From an uncultured delta proteobacterium (GTDB lineage: Bacteria; Myxococcota_A; Polyangia; Polyangiales; Polyangiaceae), in contig CAWKKR010000004.1 of assembly GCA_963850305.1 (NCBI GenBank), positions 448,001-512,000 on the forward strand: DNA of 64,000 nucleotides, given 5' to 3'. Shown here piece by piece: positions 12,711 through 22,493 of the stretch. The position numbers and the translations under genes are program-made. A model generated the notes under the pieces. The model ran no database searches. It had not been told where the DNA came from and saw only the letters and a program-made list of their open reading frames with translations. The number at the start of each line of letters is the position of its first letter. Position 1 is the stretch's first letter.

Positions 12711-14269
12711 GTCGCCGGACTCCGGGAGCGACCGAGCGGAACCCGGGACGTCTCGAGTGCGTCCGCGAGGGCGACGCGCAGATCGCCCTCGGTCCGGTCT
12801 CCCGGAACGGAGAGAGCGACGCGGAACAGCGCATGCTCGCCATCGAGCCCGGTAAGCTCCACCGAGGGGGCGTCGCCGAGCTTGCCCGCAGCCTCGCGCA
12901 GAAGGTCGCGGATCTCCCGCACCGGTAACGAGACGCCGGCCGAGAGCTCGACCGAAAGCCGCTGGCGCACGCCGAACACGCGCGTGGGGTGTACGAGTGT
13001 GAGCAGATGGGGAACCCGGACCTCACAGCCGTCGCGGTCCCGGAGCTTCGCGTCGATCAGGCCGACGGCGAGCACCTTCCCGACGCGGCCGCCGAGCTCG
13101 ACGTATTCGCCGATGCGCAAACGACGTCCGTACACGATGACCACCCCGACGAGGGCCGAGCCGAGGAGGGGCGTGGAGGCGAGCCCGAGCGCGATCAGCA
13201 TCAGGAACCCGGCGCGTGCGAGAGCGCCGTTCGCGTCGCCCGTCACGAGGGGCGCCACGACGACGAGCGCCGCCACGACGATGCCGACACGAACCAGCAA
13301 GCTCGTCGGAGCGGCCAGGTCCGGCGGAAGCCAGGGAAGCACGGTTTGCCGGCGCGCGACGCCTTCGAAGAAGAGCTGCACGAACCTGATGAGCACGTAG
13401 ATCGCCACGCCCGAGAACGCGGCCATCACCGCGAGCGGCAAGGACGCGGCGAGACGCTCGGCCAGATCGGAGAGCGGCGTCACGACGAACCCGGTCAACT
13501 TCTCCGTGTACGAACGCGTGCTCTCGAAGAGCGAGAGCGAGAAGACGAGCCACAGATAGAAGACGCCGAGCTGCGCGACGAACCGCCCGACGATCAACGT
13601 CACCAGAACGCCGCCGCGAAGCGCCGTCGGGCCGATGACCTCCTGGGACTGAACCTTGAGCCCCGTGATCCGATCGGGATTGTCGAGCGTCCACTGCCGG
13701 ACGCGCTCGAAGAATTCTCCGATCTTACGCAGCACGTAGAACGCGACGAGGCCGACGAAGACCAGCAGCGAAATCGAGAACACCGTCTCGGCGATCGCGC
13801 TCCGCTTCTTCTCCGCGACCACGGCCGCATGAACGTGGCCCGCTATGGCCGCGGCGAACGTCTCCGCGTTCGAGAACCCCGAGGACTCGGCGTCCTCGGA
13901 GTAAATCTCCACGATGGGAACCGGCCCCGCAAACACCACCTCCGCCGGACCCTGGCGCACGACCTTGACGTCTTCTGCACCCGGCGTGTCGACGGCATGC
14001 CCGAGGGCATCGCTCGCACTCCGGGCTCGGTCTTCCGCGCTCCTCGCGCCGTGGCCGTGCCGGAGGACGAAGACGACGGTGTCGTGGATCTTGGCGCTGG
14101 CGTCGATCGCTGCCGCGATCGGGGCCGATGCCGCGGGCGCGGCACTCGAAGAAGGTCTCGGCACGGGCGCCCGAGAGGGTTCCGCCCGGAGCGGCAGCGT
14201 CGCCCCGAGGAGCAGCGCCACGACCGCGAGCAGGGCGGCAATCCGGCGCTCGTTCCCTCGACGCTCCAC
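12707..14269 (-). CDS. MscS-family mechanosensitive channel with periplasmic N-terminal domain
   Basis: Signal peptide, TM region, RRLRIGEYVELGGRVGKV...VRVPH; start codon uncertain (GTG 14269). Confidence 0.8.
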   Translation of the reverse strand: MERRGNERRIAALLAVVALLLGATLPLRAEPSRAPVPRPSSSAAPAASAPIAAAIDASAKIHDTVVFVLRHGHGARSAEDRARSASDALGHAVDTPGAEDVKVVRQGPAEVVFAGPVPIVEIYSEDAESSGFSNAETFAAAIAGHVHAAVVAEKKRSAIAETVFSISLLVFVGLVAFYVLRKIGEFFERVRQWTLDNPDRITGLKVQSQEVIGPTALRGGVLVTLIVGRFVAQLGVFYLWLVFSLSLFESTRSYTEKLTGFVVTPLSDLAERLAASLPLAVMAAFSGVAIYVLIRFVQLFFEGVARRQTVLPWLPPDLAAPTSLLVRVGIVVAALVVVAPLVTGDANGALARAGFLMLIALGLASTPLLGSALVGVVIVYGRRLRIGEYVELGGRVGKVLAVGLIDAKLRDRDGCEVRVPHLLTLVHPTRVFGVRQRLSVELSAGVSLPVREIRDLLREAAGKLGDAPSVELTGLDGEHALFRVALSVPGDRTEGDLRVALADALETSRVPLGRSRSPAT

Positions 14270-14305
14270 AGCAGCTACTTTCCACGGTTTCGGGGGTCGC
14301 CTGCA

Positions 14306-15634
14306 ATGGTAGGTTTCGAAGGTGAGCTCGGCCGAAAGATCCTGATCGGCGCCCTGGTGCTCGTCTCGGCTTGCGGCGGTGGACGCGGAACTCCGTCCGG
14401 AAGGGAGCGCGACGGGGGCGCTGGCCCGACGCCGAACGACGGTGGCTATCTCGACCCCAGCGGGACATTCGAGACGGCCCAGAAGCTCCACGTCGGCGAC
14501 TTTCCAGGCGTCTTCGGAACCATCCTCGGGCCGGACGACGTCCATTTCTTTTCCTTCGATGGAAGCGCGGGCGAGTGGGTTTCCATCCAGTCGAACGACA
14601 CGGGCGCGCTCTCGGTCGCGGATACGCCGCTCACCGTCTATGGATCCGATCGGCAACCGTTCGCGTCGAATGAATACGTCGACACGCTGAAGGGGGAGAA
14701 CGTGCTCGCGCGCGTCGTGATGCGCTTGCCCGTCGCGGGAACCTATTACGTGAAGGTTGCGAACGGCTCCGCGCCGCCGTTCGATTCTGGGTTCGTTCAA
14801 TCCTACCAGCTCAGTGTCGTGGACGTCGCTGGAGCCGACGGCTACGTCGTCGGCGACGGCCCCACGGACGCGACGCCCGTTCGGTTCCTCGTGCGGTCGA
14901 TCCCGGGCACCGACGCGGTGAAGGATGCTTTCCTGCTCGGCGCCTTCTCGTCGGCGGGTGACGTCCGGACGTTTTCCTTCGACGTCGCGGCGGGGACGGC
15001 CAAGCTCCTCGACGCCGAGGTCGCCGCTGGAACTGCCGCGGGAAACGGTTCGACGTCGACCGCGGGAAAAATCTGGGTCACGGACGCCGCGGACTCCACG
15101 ATCGGCGAGATCGACAATTCCACTGGCCAGACGATGCTCACGCCGCCCCTGCCGGCGGGCTCCTACGTGCTCCACGTGGCACATCCGGGCGCGCCGCTCG
15201 GTTCGAATGACTTCTTCGCGATCCGGGCGCTGGTCGCGGACGACAGTCCGGAAAGCATGGAAACTTCGAACGAGACGGTCGCGACGGCACAGCCGCTTGC
15301 CAACGACCCCGACGAGACGACGGGAGAGCTCGCCTACCTGACCGCGTACGTCGGCGAGGGGGCCGTCGAATACTTCCGGTTCGACGGCGTCGGGGGACAG
15401 ACCGCCTCGGTCCATTGCACTGCAGCGGAACAGGGTTCGGGCATCGTGGGGTTACCTGCCGCCGTGGACGCCTCGGACACGACGCTCGACGAAGGCACCG
15501 AAACCGCGACGGCGCCCGTATCCCTGACGGCGACGATACCTGCGACCGGCTCGCTCTACGTCAAGGTCGCGAAGGCGTCGCAGCTCGTCGACGTCGCGGG
15601 CGACTGGCTGCGCTGCGTGCTCTCGGCGAGCTGA
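14306..15634 (+). CDS. Lipoprotein with repeated PPC-like beta-sandwich domains
   Basis: Lipobox VSAC; DDVHFFSF...DTPLTVYG...GTYYVKV and similar repeats; ETSNETVATAQPL. Confidence 0.7.
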   Translation: MVGFEGELGRKILIGALVLVSACGGGRGTPSGRERDGGAGPTPNDGGYLDPSGTFETAQKLHVGDFPGVFGTILGPDDVHFFSFDGSAGEWVSIQSNDTGALSVADTPLTVYGSDRQPFASNEYVDTLKGENVLARVVMRLPVAGTYYVKVANGSAPPFDSGFVQSYQLSVVDVAGADGYVVGDGPTDATPVRFLVRSIPGTDAVKDAFLLGAFSSAGDVRTFSFDVAAGTAKLLDAEVAAGTAAGNGSTSTAGKIWVTDAADSTIGEIDNSTGQTMLTPPLPAGSYVLHVAHPGAPLGSNDFFAIRALVADDSPESMETSNETVATAQPLANDPDETTGELAYLTAYVGEGAVEYFRFDGVGGQTASVHCTAAEQGSGIVGLPAAVDASDTTLDEGTETATAPVSLTATIPATGSLYVKVAKASQLVDVAGDWLRCVLSAS

Positions 15635-15669
15635 CGAACCTCACGACACGGGGACAGGAGGCCCTCGCT

Positions 15670-15929
15670 CGCCGAGCACCCGGCGCGGCATGTCAGGCAC
15701 GCGGAGCGTCGACACCAGCATCCGGCGCGGCATGTCAGGCTCAGGTGTCGACGCTCCCGACGCTCGTGTCGACGCTCCCGACGCTCGTGTCGACGCTCCG
15801 CGTGCAGGGAACGACGGAGCGCGGACGCGGAAGCGCTCGCCGGACGCTTGGGACGACCGACCGCGGACGCGGAAGCGCCCGCCGGACGCTTGGGACGACG
15901 GACCGGACGCTGGGGACGCTTGCTCGGCG
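15670..15929. repeat. Composite intergenic repeat with 21/42-bp periodicity and internal inverted repeat
   Basis: 24-bp direct repeat at 15675 and 15717; 21-bp tandem from 15745; 42-bp tandem at 15811 and 15853; perfect 19-bp inverted repeat 15697-15715/15787-15805. Confidence 0.8.
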
Positions 15930-15973
15930 TGGAAGGAGCTCGATCCTCGGGTCGACGGCGCCGGTCTGGTCGC

Positions 15974-16519
15974 TCACCCCTCGACCAGAGGCCCGCGTTC
16001 GACTTCGCCATCGGCGGTGCGGCCCTGCACCGTCACGTAGAGCCGTCCGCCCGTGTGTACGACTTCGAACAGCGCGTGACGGTCGAGCGTCGCCTCGAGC
16101 GCGCCGAGGACCGTGCGCGGGATCACGACGACCTCGATATCTTCGGCTCGGTGAATCCGGGCCCCCTCGGCGACGCGCCGCACGCTGCGGAGATCGTCCG
16201 CCGTGCACACGACGACGCGCTCGGCGGCCTTGCTCGCCTTGTGGAGCCGCTCCGCGCTCGGATGTCCGATGTCGATCCAGAGCCGCACACGGCCGTCTCC
16301 CGTTCTGACCCACACCGCGGGCTCGTCGTTGGTGGAGAGCCCCTTCGAGAACGCGATACCGTCTTCCCAGAAGAGGCAGAGAGCGAGCGTCCGCGTGAGG
16401 AGATACGCGAGCGTCTCCGACGGGTGCTGGGCCGCACGGAGATCCAGCGTCTCGTAAACGCCACGATCCACGTCCGAGAGCGCGATCTCGAGATGATACA
16501 GCGTTGCCGACGGGGCCAT
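15974..16519 (-). CDS. yaeQ: YaeQ family protein
   Basis: MAPSATLY..IALSDVDRGVY, AQHPSET, FSKGLSTNDEPAVW, WIDIGHP, RLHKA. Confidence 0.9.
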   Translation of the reverse strand: MAPSATLYHLEIALSDVDRGVYETLDLRAAQHPSETLAYLLTRTLALCLFWEDGIAFSKGLSTNDEPAVWVRTGDGRVRLWIDIGHPSAERLHKASKAAERVVVCTADDLRSVRRVAEGARIHRAEDIEVVVIPRTVLGALEATLDRHALFEVVHTGGRLYVTVQGRTADGEVERGPLVEG

Positions 16520-16538
16520 GTCGGCGAGCCCCGGCGAG

Positions 16539-17627
16539 TTACGACGCGACCTGAGTCGCCACGGGCTCGACCCGCGTTTGCGTGACGATCGGACGGAGGC
16601 GTTCCCTGAAGAGCTCGACGACTTCGTTCTCCGTACGCGCGGGCGCGCCGGGCAGATGCACGAACGCGCGAGCGAGGCGCGCCCAGCGTCCCGTCATCAG
16701 CAGAAGCCACACCATGAAAAAATCCAGGCCCTCGAAGACGATGGCGTCCTGGCGCGCGTACTCCGCGAGATTGGTCTCGAACTCGACGGGGTATTCCGTC
16801 CAATGCGCACGCGCGCGAAGGTGGTGTCCGATGTGATAACCGTCGTTGAAACAGCGGCGGTTGTAGCGACTATTGATGCAGGTGATGCTCGCCAGATACG
16901 GGTTCTCCGGGTGGCCCGCGGAGACGAACGCGTGTTGCCCCCAATTCCCCATCATCATGAGGGTGCGAATGACGAGCAGCGGGACGACGAAGACCACGAG
17001 CGTGGGCCCCGGACGGAAATACGCGAGCACCGCCACCGTGCCCCAGTACAGACCCTCCCCGACCAGGATCTTCTTGAGGAGCCGCGTCCGCTTCCGCTTG
17101 AACATGTAAAATGAGAGCTCGAACAGACCGAACCCGAGGAACCGACCCCAGTACCTGAGCCAGTGGCCGAAGCGATCCCGCTGGTACTGAAGAGTGGAGC
17201 TCAGGTCGTCTTCCAGGTTCTCCTCGGCGTGATGCATGCCCATGTGATGGGCGAAATACGTGTCCGGCGACTGTCCGAAGAACGGACCGATGACCCAGGG
17301 GATGACCTGGTTGAGCCGCCGGTACCTGGGGTTGAAGAGCTGCCGGTGCGAGGTGCAGTGCAGCATCAACGTGTACCGGTCGAGGAGTCCGAAGACGAGG
17401 ACGGCCCAGTAGAGGGGGGCCAGGTACCAGAGCCAAGGTCCGGAGAAGAACAGCCCGACGCCGGCAACCGCGAGGATCAGACACGATGTCATGAGGCCGA
17501 TGAACTGCGCGTCGCGAGGATCGTTCAGCATCCGTTCCACGGACGCCGCGTACCAGGGACGCGTCGCTTCGCGGTCGTCGTGGATCGGGATCGTGGTGTC
17601 CTGTACGCCTGCGCCGTCGGCTGCCAT
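16539..17627 (-). CDS. Membrane fatty acid desaturase family protein
   Basis: His boxes HCTSH, HHMGMHH, YHIGHH plus TM helices. Confidence 0.85.
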   Translation of the reverse strand: MAADGAGVQDTTIPIHDDREATRPWYAASVERMLNDPRDAQFIGLMTSCLILAVAGVGLFFSGPWLWYLAPLYWAVLVFGLLDRYTLMLHCTSHRQLFNPRYRRLNQVIPWVIGPFFGQSPDTYFAHHMGMHHAEENLEDDLSSTLQYQRDRFGHWLRYWGRFLGFGLFELSFYMFKRKRTRLLKKILVGEGLYWGTVAVLAYFRPGPTLVVFVVPLLVIRTLMMMGNWGQHAFVSAGHPENPYLASITCINSRYNRRCFNDGYHIGHHLRARAHWTEYPVEFETNLAEYARQDAIVFEGLDFFMVWLLLMTGRWARLARAFVHLPGAPARTENEVVELFRERLRPIVTQTRVEPVATQVAS

Positions 17628-17768
17628 GCGGCCCCCCGTTTACCAGCGGCGGCCGCCCGCGTCGAAGCTTGTGTGCAAGGTCGGCCGGGCGACGCGCGGA
17701 TTCTGGCCGATTTCGGTGAAGATCCGGCGTCCTTGACGGCCTGGCGCCGCCTCGGTTGACTGAGCGGC

Positions 17769-18953
17769 ATGCCGTACGCCGAAGGCCGCGCGTATTACGA
17801 CGCCGATTCGCACGTCATGGAGCTCCCGGGCTGGCTCGCGTCGCACGCGGATCCGAAATTCCGGGATCGGATCCCCGGGTTCTCTCTGGGGTCGAGCGGT
17901 TCCGTCGCGCGCGTGGAGGCGATGATTGCGCGAGGGAAGCAGAGCGCGGGCGTCGCGTCCGAGCGCGCGGCCCACGAGGCCGAGCTGATGACGCGGAAGA
18001 GCTGGGAAGCGTTCGGCGCCTTCCACGCGGACGATCGACGCCTCGCGCTCGATCGGCTCGGCTTTCGCGCGCAGCTGGTGTTCTCGACGTTCGGCGCGCT
18101 GCAGACCGAACACGCCGCGGACCCCGACACGAGCTACGCCGCGACGCGGGCGCACACGCGGGCGATGCTCGACTTCTGCGCGGCCGACCCGCGACTCTTG
18201 CCCGTCACGTTCGTCCCCATCACCTTGCCCGGACGCGCGATCGAGGAGACGCGCTTTGCACTCGATTCGGGGATCAAAGGGGTCACGCTCTCGCCCCTTC
18301 CGCCCGAGACTCACTCGCTCACGCATCCTTCGCTGCACCCGCTCTATGCTCTGCTCGAGGAGCGCGGAGTGCCGCTCCTGTTCCATGTGGAGGGGGACGC
18401 GCCGCGAAAGGTCGCGCGCGGGTTCTCGGAGAATGGCTGGACGGGGCAGACGGACTTTCACGGCGGGGGTGAGAACTTCACGGGGCTCCTCTACATGGCC
18501 GTCAGCCAGTGGGTGGAGATCGCGCTTGCGGCGCTGATCTTCGATCGCGTGCTGGAGAAATTTCCGCGGCTCAAGGTCGGAGTGATCGAGCTCGGAGCGG
18601 CCTGGGTGCCAGCGTGGCTCGAGCGACTCGAGATCGTCAAGGATACGTTCGGCCGCACGGAGAGCCGCATCGGAGGACTCTCGCTGCGCCCGTCGGAATA
18701 CGTGAAACGACAGATCCGCGTCACGCCGTACCCGACGGAGAACGTCGGGCGCCTCATCGAGCTCGCCGGGCCGGAGCTCTTCATGTTCTCTTCCGACTAC
18801 CCTCACGTCGAAGGCGGCCGCAATCCGCTGAAGCGGTTCGAAGAATCGCTCGGCGGTCGCTCCTCGCTCGAGAAGGACGCCTTCTACGCGGGGAACTTCC
18901 TCGACATGATGGGAAGCTCCGCCGCCGGTTTCGAGCCGCGCCCTGGACCGTGA
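17769..18953 (+). CDS. Amidohydrolase_2 family metallohydrolase
   Basis: DADSH, LLFH, IELGAAWVP, FSSDYPH. Confidence 0.9.
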   Translation: MPYAEGRAYYDADSHVMELPGWLASHADPKFRDRIPGFSLGSSGSVARVEAMIARGKQSAGVASERAAHEAELMTRKSWEAFGAFHADDRRLALDRLGFRAQLVFSTFGALQTEHAADPDTSYAATRAHTRAMLDFCAADPRLLPVTFVPITLPGRAIEETRFALDSGIKGVTLSPLPPETHSLTHPSLHPLYALLEERGVPLLFHVEGDAPRKVARGFSENGWTGQTDFHGGGENFTGLLYMAVSQWVEIALAALIFDRVLEKFPRLKVGVIELGAAWVPAWLERLEIVKDTFGRTESRIGGLSLRPSEYVKRQIRVTPYPTENVGRLIELAGPELFMFSSDYPHVEGGRNPLKRFEESLGGRSSLEKDAFYAGNFLDMMGSSAAGFEPRPGP

Positions 18954-20017
18954 GCCCCGCGAGCTCCATCGCCGGCCCTGCGCCGCTCTCGATCACGGGC
19001 TTCGTTCTCCGGATGATCTTCTTCGCTGGGGCTCCCTTCGCCATCGTCGCGGCGGCGGCGCTCTTTCCGATGCGCGGCGCGCTCATCGACTGCGGCCTCG
19101 CGCTCGGCGTCTTCGTCGCGGGAGAAGCCGCGCGAGAACGCGTGATCCGCGTGAGGCCCATCAGGTGGCTGTTCTCGGGCGCGCTCAGGTTCGATGACTT
19201 CTACCGGGAGAAGCCGCCGAAGCCCTTCCTTTACTATCTCCTGTACCCGCTCCTGTTCCCTTACTGGCTCGTGAACCGGCGCGCGCGGGCGGAGTTCTGG
19301 ACGTTCCGCGGCTACACCGCGGGCGCGTTCTTCATCCTCGTCGTGTCGCTGGTCGTGCAGTACTTCCAGTACTGGTCCCCGGACCTCGGGCTACGCGCCT
19401 TTCTTCCCGCGGTCGGGCTCACCCTAGGCGTCGAGACGTTCCTCGTCCTGTCGCTCCTCATGCCGATCGCGACGACCGTCATTTCATATCACTCGAGCGG
19501 GCATCGGAGAGCACTGGCAATCCTGCTCGTCACCGGTGTCCTGTCCACCGCCATTGCCGTCTGGCGCCTCGCGCTCCGTCGCGATCCCGTTGTCTCGTAT
19601 TCGACGCGCGATCGTGTCCGGCTCCGCACGAAGGCCGTGCCCAGGTCCGCACACAAGGCCATGATGGCAGCAACGCGCATCGCGTGGCACCAGCTCGTCA
19701 AGATGCACGACCTCGACGGGGACGGAAAAGTGGAGGGGGTGCCGCTCGAGCTTGCCCGCACGAGACTCTCGAAGTTCTTCAAATCCGACGAGGCGGCGGC
19801 CTTCGATCTCTGGGGCGCCCCGAGACGACACCCTCGCATCCTGGTGCTCTACTTCGAGGCGCGACCCCGAAAGCCGCCCATCTGGGTCGCCATCGGCGGC
19901 GACGGGCGCGAGCTGAAGAAGCTCGCCGATCTCCCGAGAGGCGCCACGATCGCGATGCGCAAGGCGAACGACGGGACGGATCCTTTGCTCCCGGTCTGGC
20001 CGAAGGGCGTGGACTAA
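18950..20017 (+). CDS. Hypothetical integral membrane protein with soluble C-terminal domain
   Basis: GTGA overlap with amidohydrolase stop; 5-6 TM; PFLYYLLYPLLFPYWL. Confidence 0.7.
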   Translation: MSPASSIAGPAPLSITGFVLRMIFFAGAPFAIVAAAALFPMRGALIDCGLALGVFVAGEAARERVIRVRPIRWLFSGALRFDDFYREKPPKPFLYYLLYPLLFPYWLVNRRARAEFWTFRGYTAGAFFILVVSLVVQYFQYWSPDLGLRAFLPAVGLTLGVETFLVLSLLMPIATTVISYHSSGHRRALAILLVTGVLSTAIAVWRLALRRDPVVSYSTRDRVRLRTKAVPRSAHKAMMAATRIAWHQLVKMHDLDGDGKVEGVPLELARTRLSKFFKSDEAAAFDLWGAPRRHPRILVLYFEARPRKPPIWVAIGGDGRELKKLADLPRGATIAMRKANDGTDPLLPVWPKGVD

Positions 20018-20018
20018 G

Positions 20019-22397
20019 ATGCGCCCGATGCCGATGCGCCCCTTCCGCAATATCCGTCGAGCACCCCTCCTTTTCGAACGGTGGCTCGGCGTTGCGATCG
20101 TCATCGTTCTTCTTTGCTTTCCGACCGGAGCGCGAGCTGCCGTGGTGGAAGCCCCCATCGGCGGAAACCCACTCGACCTCCCGCAGGATCGCGTTCTCTG
20201 CGGCACGCCTCCCGACGGCTGGACCGTCGACTCGAACCGGCGGCGCATGCACACGCCGGCGGCGGGGACGCCAGGGCTTTCCGTGACCGTACTCGTCGCG
20301 CAGAACGCGACCGCGTGCGCCGGTGCCCCGACGGAGAAGGTCACGCTCGTCGCGGTCGGAAACCTCCCGACGTTCGACGTCGCCAGCATCACGGTGGAGA
20401 TCGACTCCGGGCGGCTCGAAGCGCACGGAGACGGACTCGAGGGCGTTCGCATCGCGTGGCGCGCGGAGGGCAAGACCGGCAGCGACGTCTGCCTGAACGT
20501 CACGAAGGACAAGGGCCACGATCTGTGCGCGATCAACATCGATCGCTCTCTGCCGGCCGATCCGCGACGGCTCTCCCTTCACTTCATCCCGGCGCGAGGC
20601 CGCGACGGACCCGACGTCGTCATGTTCGACCGGACGGGCACGGCGCTCGCGGACGATCAGTTTCGCCTGCCGATCGCGCGCATCGTCATCGACCGCCTGT
20701 TTCCGGATTCCCACACCGTCGACCTCGCCAGCGGCGAAGGGCGCGTCGATCTCACGCACCCCGAAGCCGTCTCCTCGGCGGACTGCGGCGCCGCACGATG
20801 CAACGCGACGGAGACGGGGCTGGTCGTGCGAGGCGTCCCCGCCACCATCACGTCCATCACGACCAAGCTCCGGCTCTTGCCGCGCGTGTTTCTCAGGCGC
20901 GGCGACACGATGGACAACGTTCCGTCCGACAGCCTCTCCGTCCTCAGGTGCCCCCTGTCGATGGTCTCCGGAGAGCCGCTCCGCGACGTCGACGATCTCA
21001 GCGTCCTCATGAAGCTGGACAAGAGTTGCGCCAGTGGCGTCGATCAACTGAGGTGGTCCGCCGCCGGTGAGCCCGCCAGCGTCGTGCGGACCGAGAATGC
21101 GCCCGACGCCGTCTACGTCCTGCTCTGGGTCGGTCACGTCGAGAACGACCGGCTCACGATCGTCGCCTCGCGGGCGGACGATGGCTCCGTCGTCGCGGTC
21201 GACACCGAACACACCTGGCAAGCGCCGCCGCTTCGGACCTCGCTCACCCTGCCCACCTTCGGCGAGATCGAATTCATCCCGAAGAACCGCGACGCGATCC
21301 TGTCCGTGTCTCCCGCGCCGCGCATCGGCCGGATCGTTCCGATCTCGGTCCCCGGCGCCTACACGGCAACCGAGGAGAAGGACGGCTTTCACATCCGCGG
21401 CGAGTTCACGTCGGGCGGCTACACCGCACTCCGCTTCGCCTACCGCTTCCCTGGACTCCCCGACTCCTTCAGCACGACGAACCTCGCGACCCTGGACGAT
21501 CCCGTGCAGCGCCCGATCAAGGAAGCGAACATCCCCGCGCCGCTCGGCGCGTCCAGCGTGACCAAGTTCCCCATCGTGGAATTGTCCTGCATCCTCAGCA
21601 ACGGAAAGCTCTTCACGATCGCACCGGGGACCGCGCCGCACATTCCGTTCGCCGAGCGCGACAGTTGCCGGCTCGTGATCCATCGCGATCGAATCCCCGA
21701 ATCGAGCGGCGAGCAGCGCATCGACATCGACGTCTCGGTAACGACGTCCGGAGGCGCCGATCGACCCGAGGCGAAGCTGACGCAACACTTCCTGCTCCGG
21801 CACGGGAACGATCACGACATCATCTGGATCCGCGGCGCGAAGGAGCAGTTCGATCACATCAACGTCCACGTCACGCAGGTGATCGACGAATCTCAGTACA
21901 TCGGCGGCGCGGGTCGCACCGACATTCCGAGTTCACAATGGACGGTCGTGACGGAAGACGCGAACTTCAAATTCTACGCGACGGCCGCGATCCCCGCGAG
22001 CCTCTACCGCTTCTCGAAGGACCCCCAGGATCTCGGCACCGGGACGTTGACGGTGAACTTCGGCGTGCTCTCCCGGCTCACCTGGCTCGACTCGAACGGG
22101 AAGGAGGGTCTCCTCGGGCTCGAGGCCGGGGTCATGGCGATGGGGCTCGCGACCGACAAGGACCGTCAGCTGGCAATCGTAGCGGGGCCTGGTTTCTCGA
22201 TCCCCCTCGGCAACATCAATCAGCCCTCCCAGGCTGCCGTGAACATCCACGCGTGGGTCTCGTACACCATCGGCAAGCGCGAGGGCGACCTCGTCAACCC
22301 CGTCACGGGCGCCGTCGAAGGGACCGCCGTGCTCAATCACTGGGCCTTCGTCTTCGGCCCGAGCATCACGATCGGGAACATCGGGACGTTTCTGTGA
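20019..22397 (+). CDS. Large secreted beta-rich hypothetical protein
   Basis: Signal peptide (ARA-AV), paired Cys, amphipathic beta-strands at C-terminus; strong GC3 bias. Confidence 0.75.
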   Translation: MRPMPMRPFRNIRRAPLLFERWLGVAIVIVLLCFPTGARAAVVEAPIGGNPLDLPQDRVLCGTPPDGWTVDSNRRRMHTPAAGTPGLSVTVLVAQNATACAGAPTEKVTLVAVGNLPTFDVASITVEIDSGRLEAHGDGLEGVRIAWRAEGKTGSDVCLNVTKDKGHDLCAINIDRSLPADPRRLSLHFIPARGRDGPDVVMFDRTGTALADDQFRLPIARIVIDRLFPDSHTVDLASGEGRVDLTHPEAVSSADCGAARCNATETGLVVRGVPATITSITTKLRLLPRVFLRRGDTMDNVPSDSLSVLRCPLSMVSGEPLRDVDDLSVLMKLDKSCASGVDQLRWSAAGEPASVVRTENAPDAVYVLLWVGHVENDRLTIVASRADDGSVVAVDTEHTWQAPPLRTSLTLPTFGEIEFIPKNRDAILSVSPAPRIGRIVPISVPGAYTATEEKDGFHIRGEFTSGGYTALRFAYRFPGLPDSFSTTNLATLDDPVQRPIKEANIPAPLGASSVTKFPIVELSCILSNGKLFTIAPGTAPHIPFAERDSCRLVIHRDRIPESSGEQRIDIDVSVTTSGGADRPEAKLTQHFLLRHGNDHDIIWIRGAKEQFDHINVHVTQVIDESQYIGGAGRTDIPSSQWTVVTEDANFKFYATAAIPASLYRFSKDPQDLGTGTLTVNFGVLSRLTWLDSNGKEGLLGLEAGVMAMGLATDKDRQLAIVAGPGFSIPLGNINQPSQAAVNIHAWVSYTIGKREGDLVNPVTGAVEGTAVLNHWAFVFGPSITIGNIGTFL

Positions 22398-22431
22398 GCA
22401 GGAGCTCGCGGCACGGTAAAGGAGTCGGCAA

Positions 22432-22457
22432 AATCCCCGCCGCTCTCGACGGGGATT
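22432..22457. terminator. Hairpin downstream of the 17769-22397 gene run
   Basis: AATCCCCG...CGGGGATT inverted repeat. Confidence 0.4.
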
Positions 22458-22493
22458 GAATCCGGGTGCACCCTGTCGCCGGTAGCACACGCC

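Noticed and set aside
10096..15634. Apparent giant ORFs 10096..13026, 12707..15415 and 12989..15634
   Set aside because: N-terminal parts are out-of-frame or antisense read-through; real starts are at 11472, ~14269 and 14306
15670..15929. Possible CRISPR array
   Set aside because: Repeats are tandem or of different types, there are no unique equal-length spacers, and no cas genes are present
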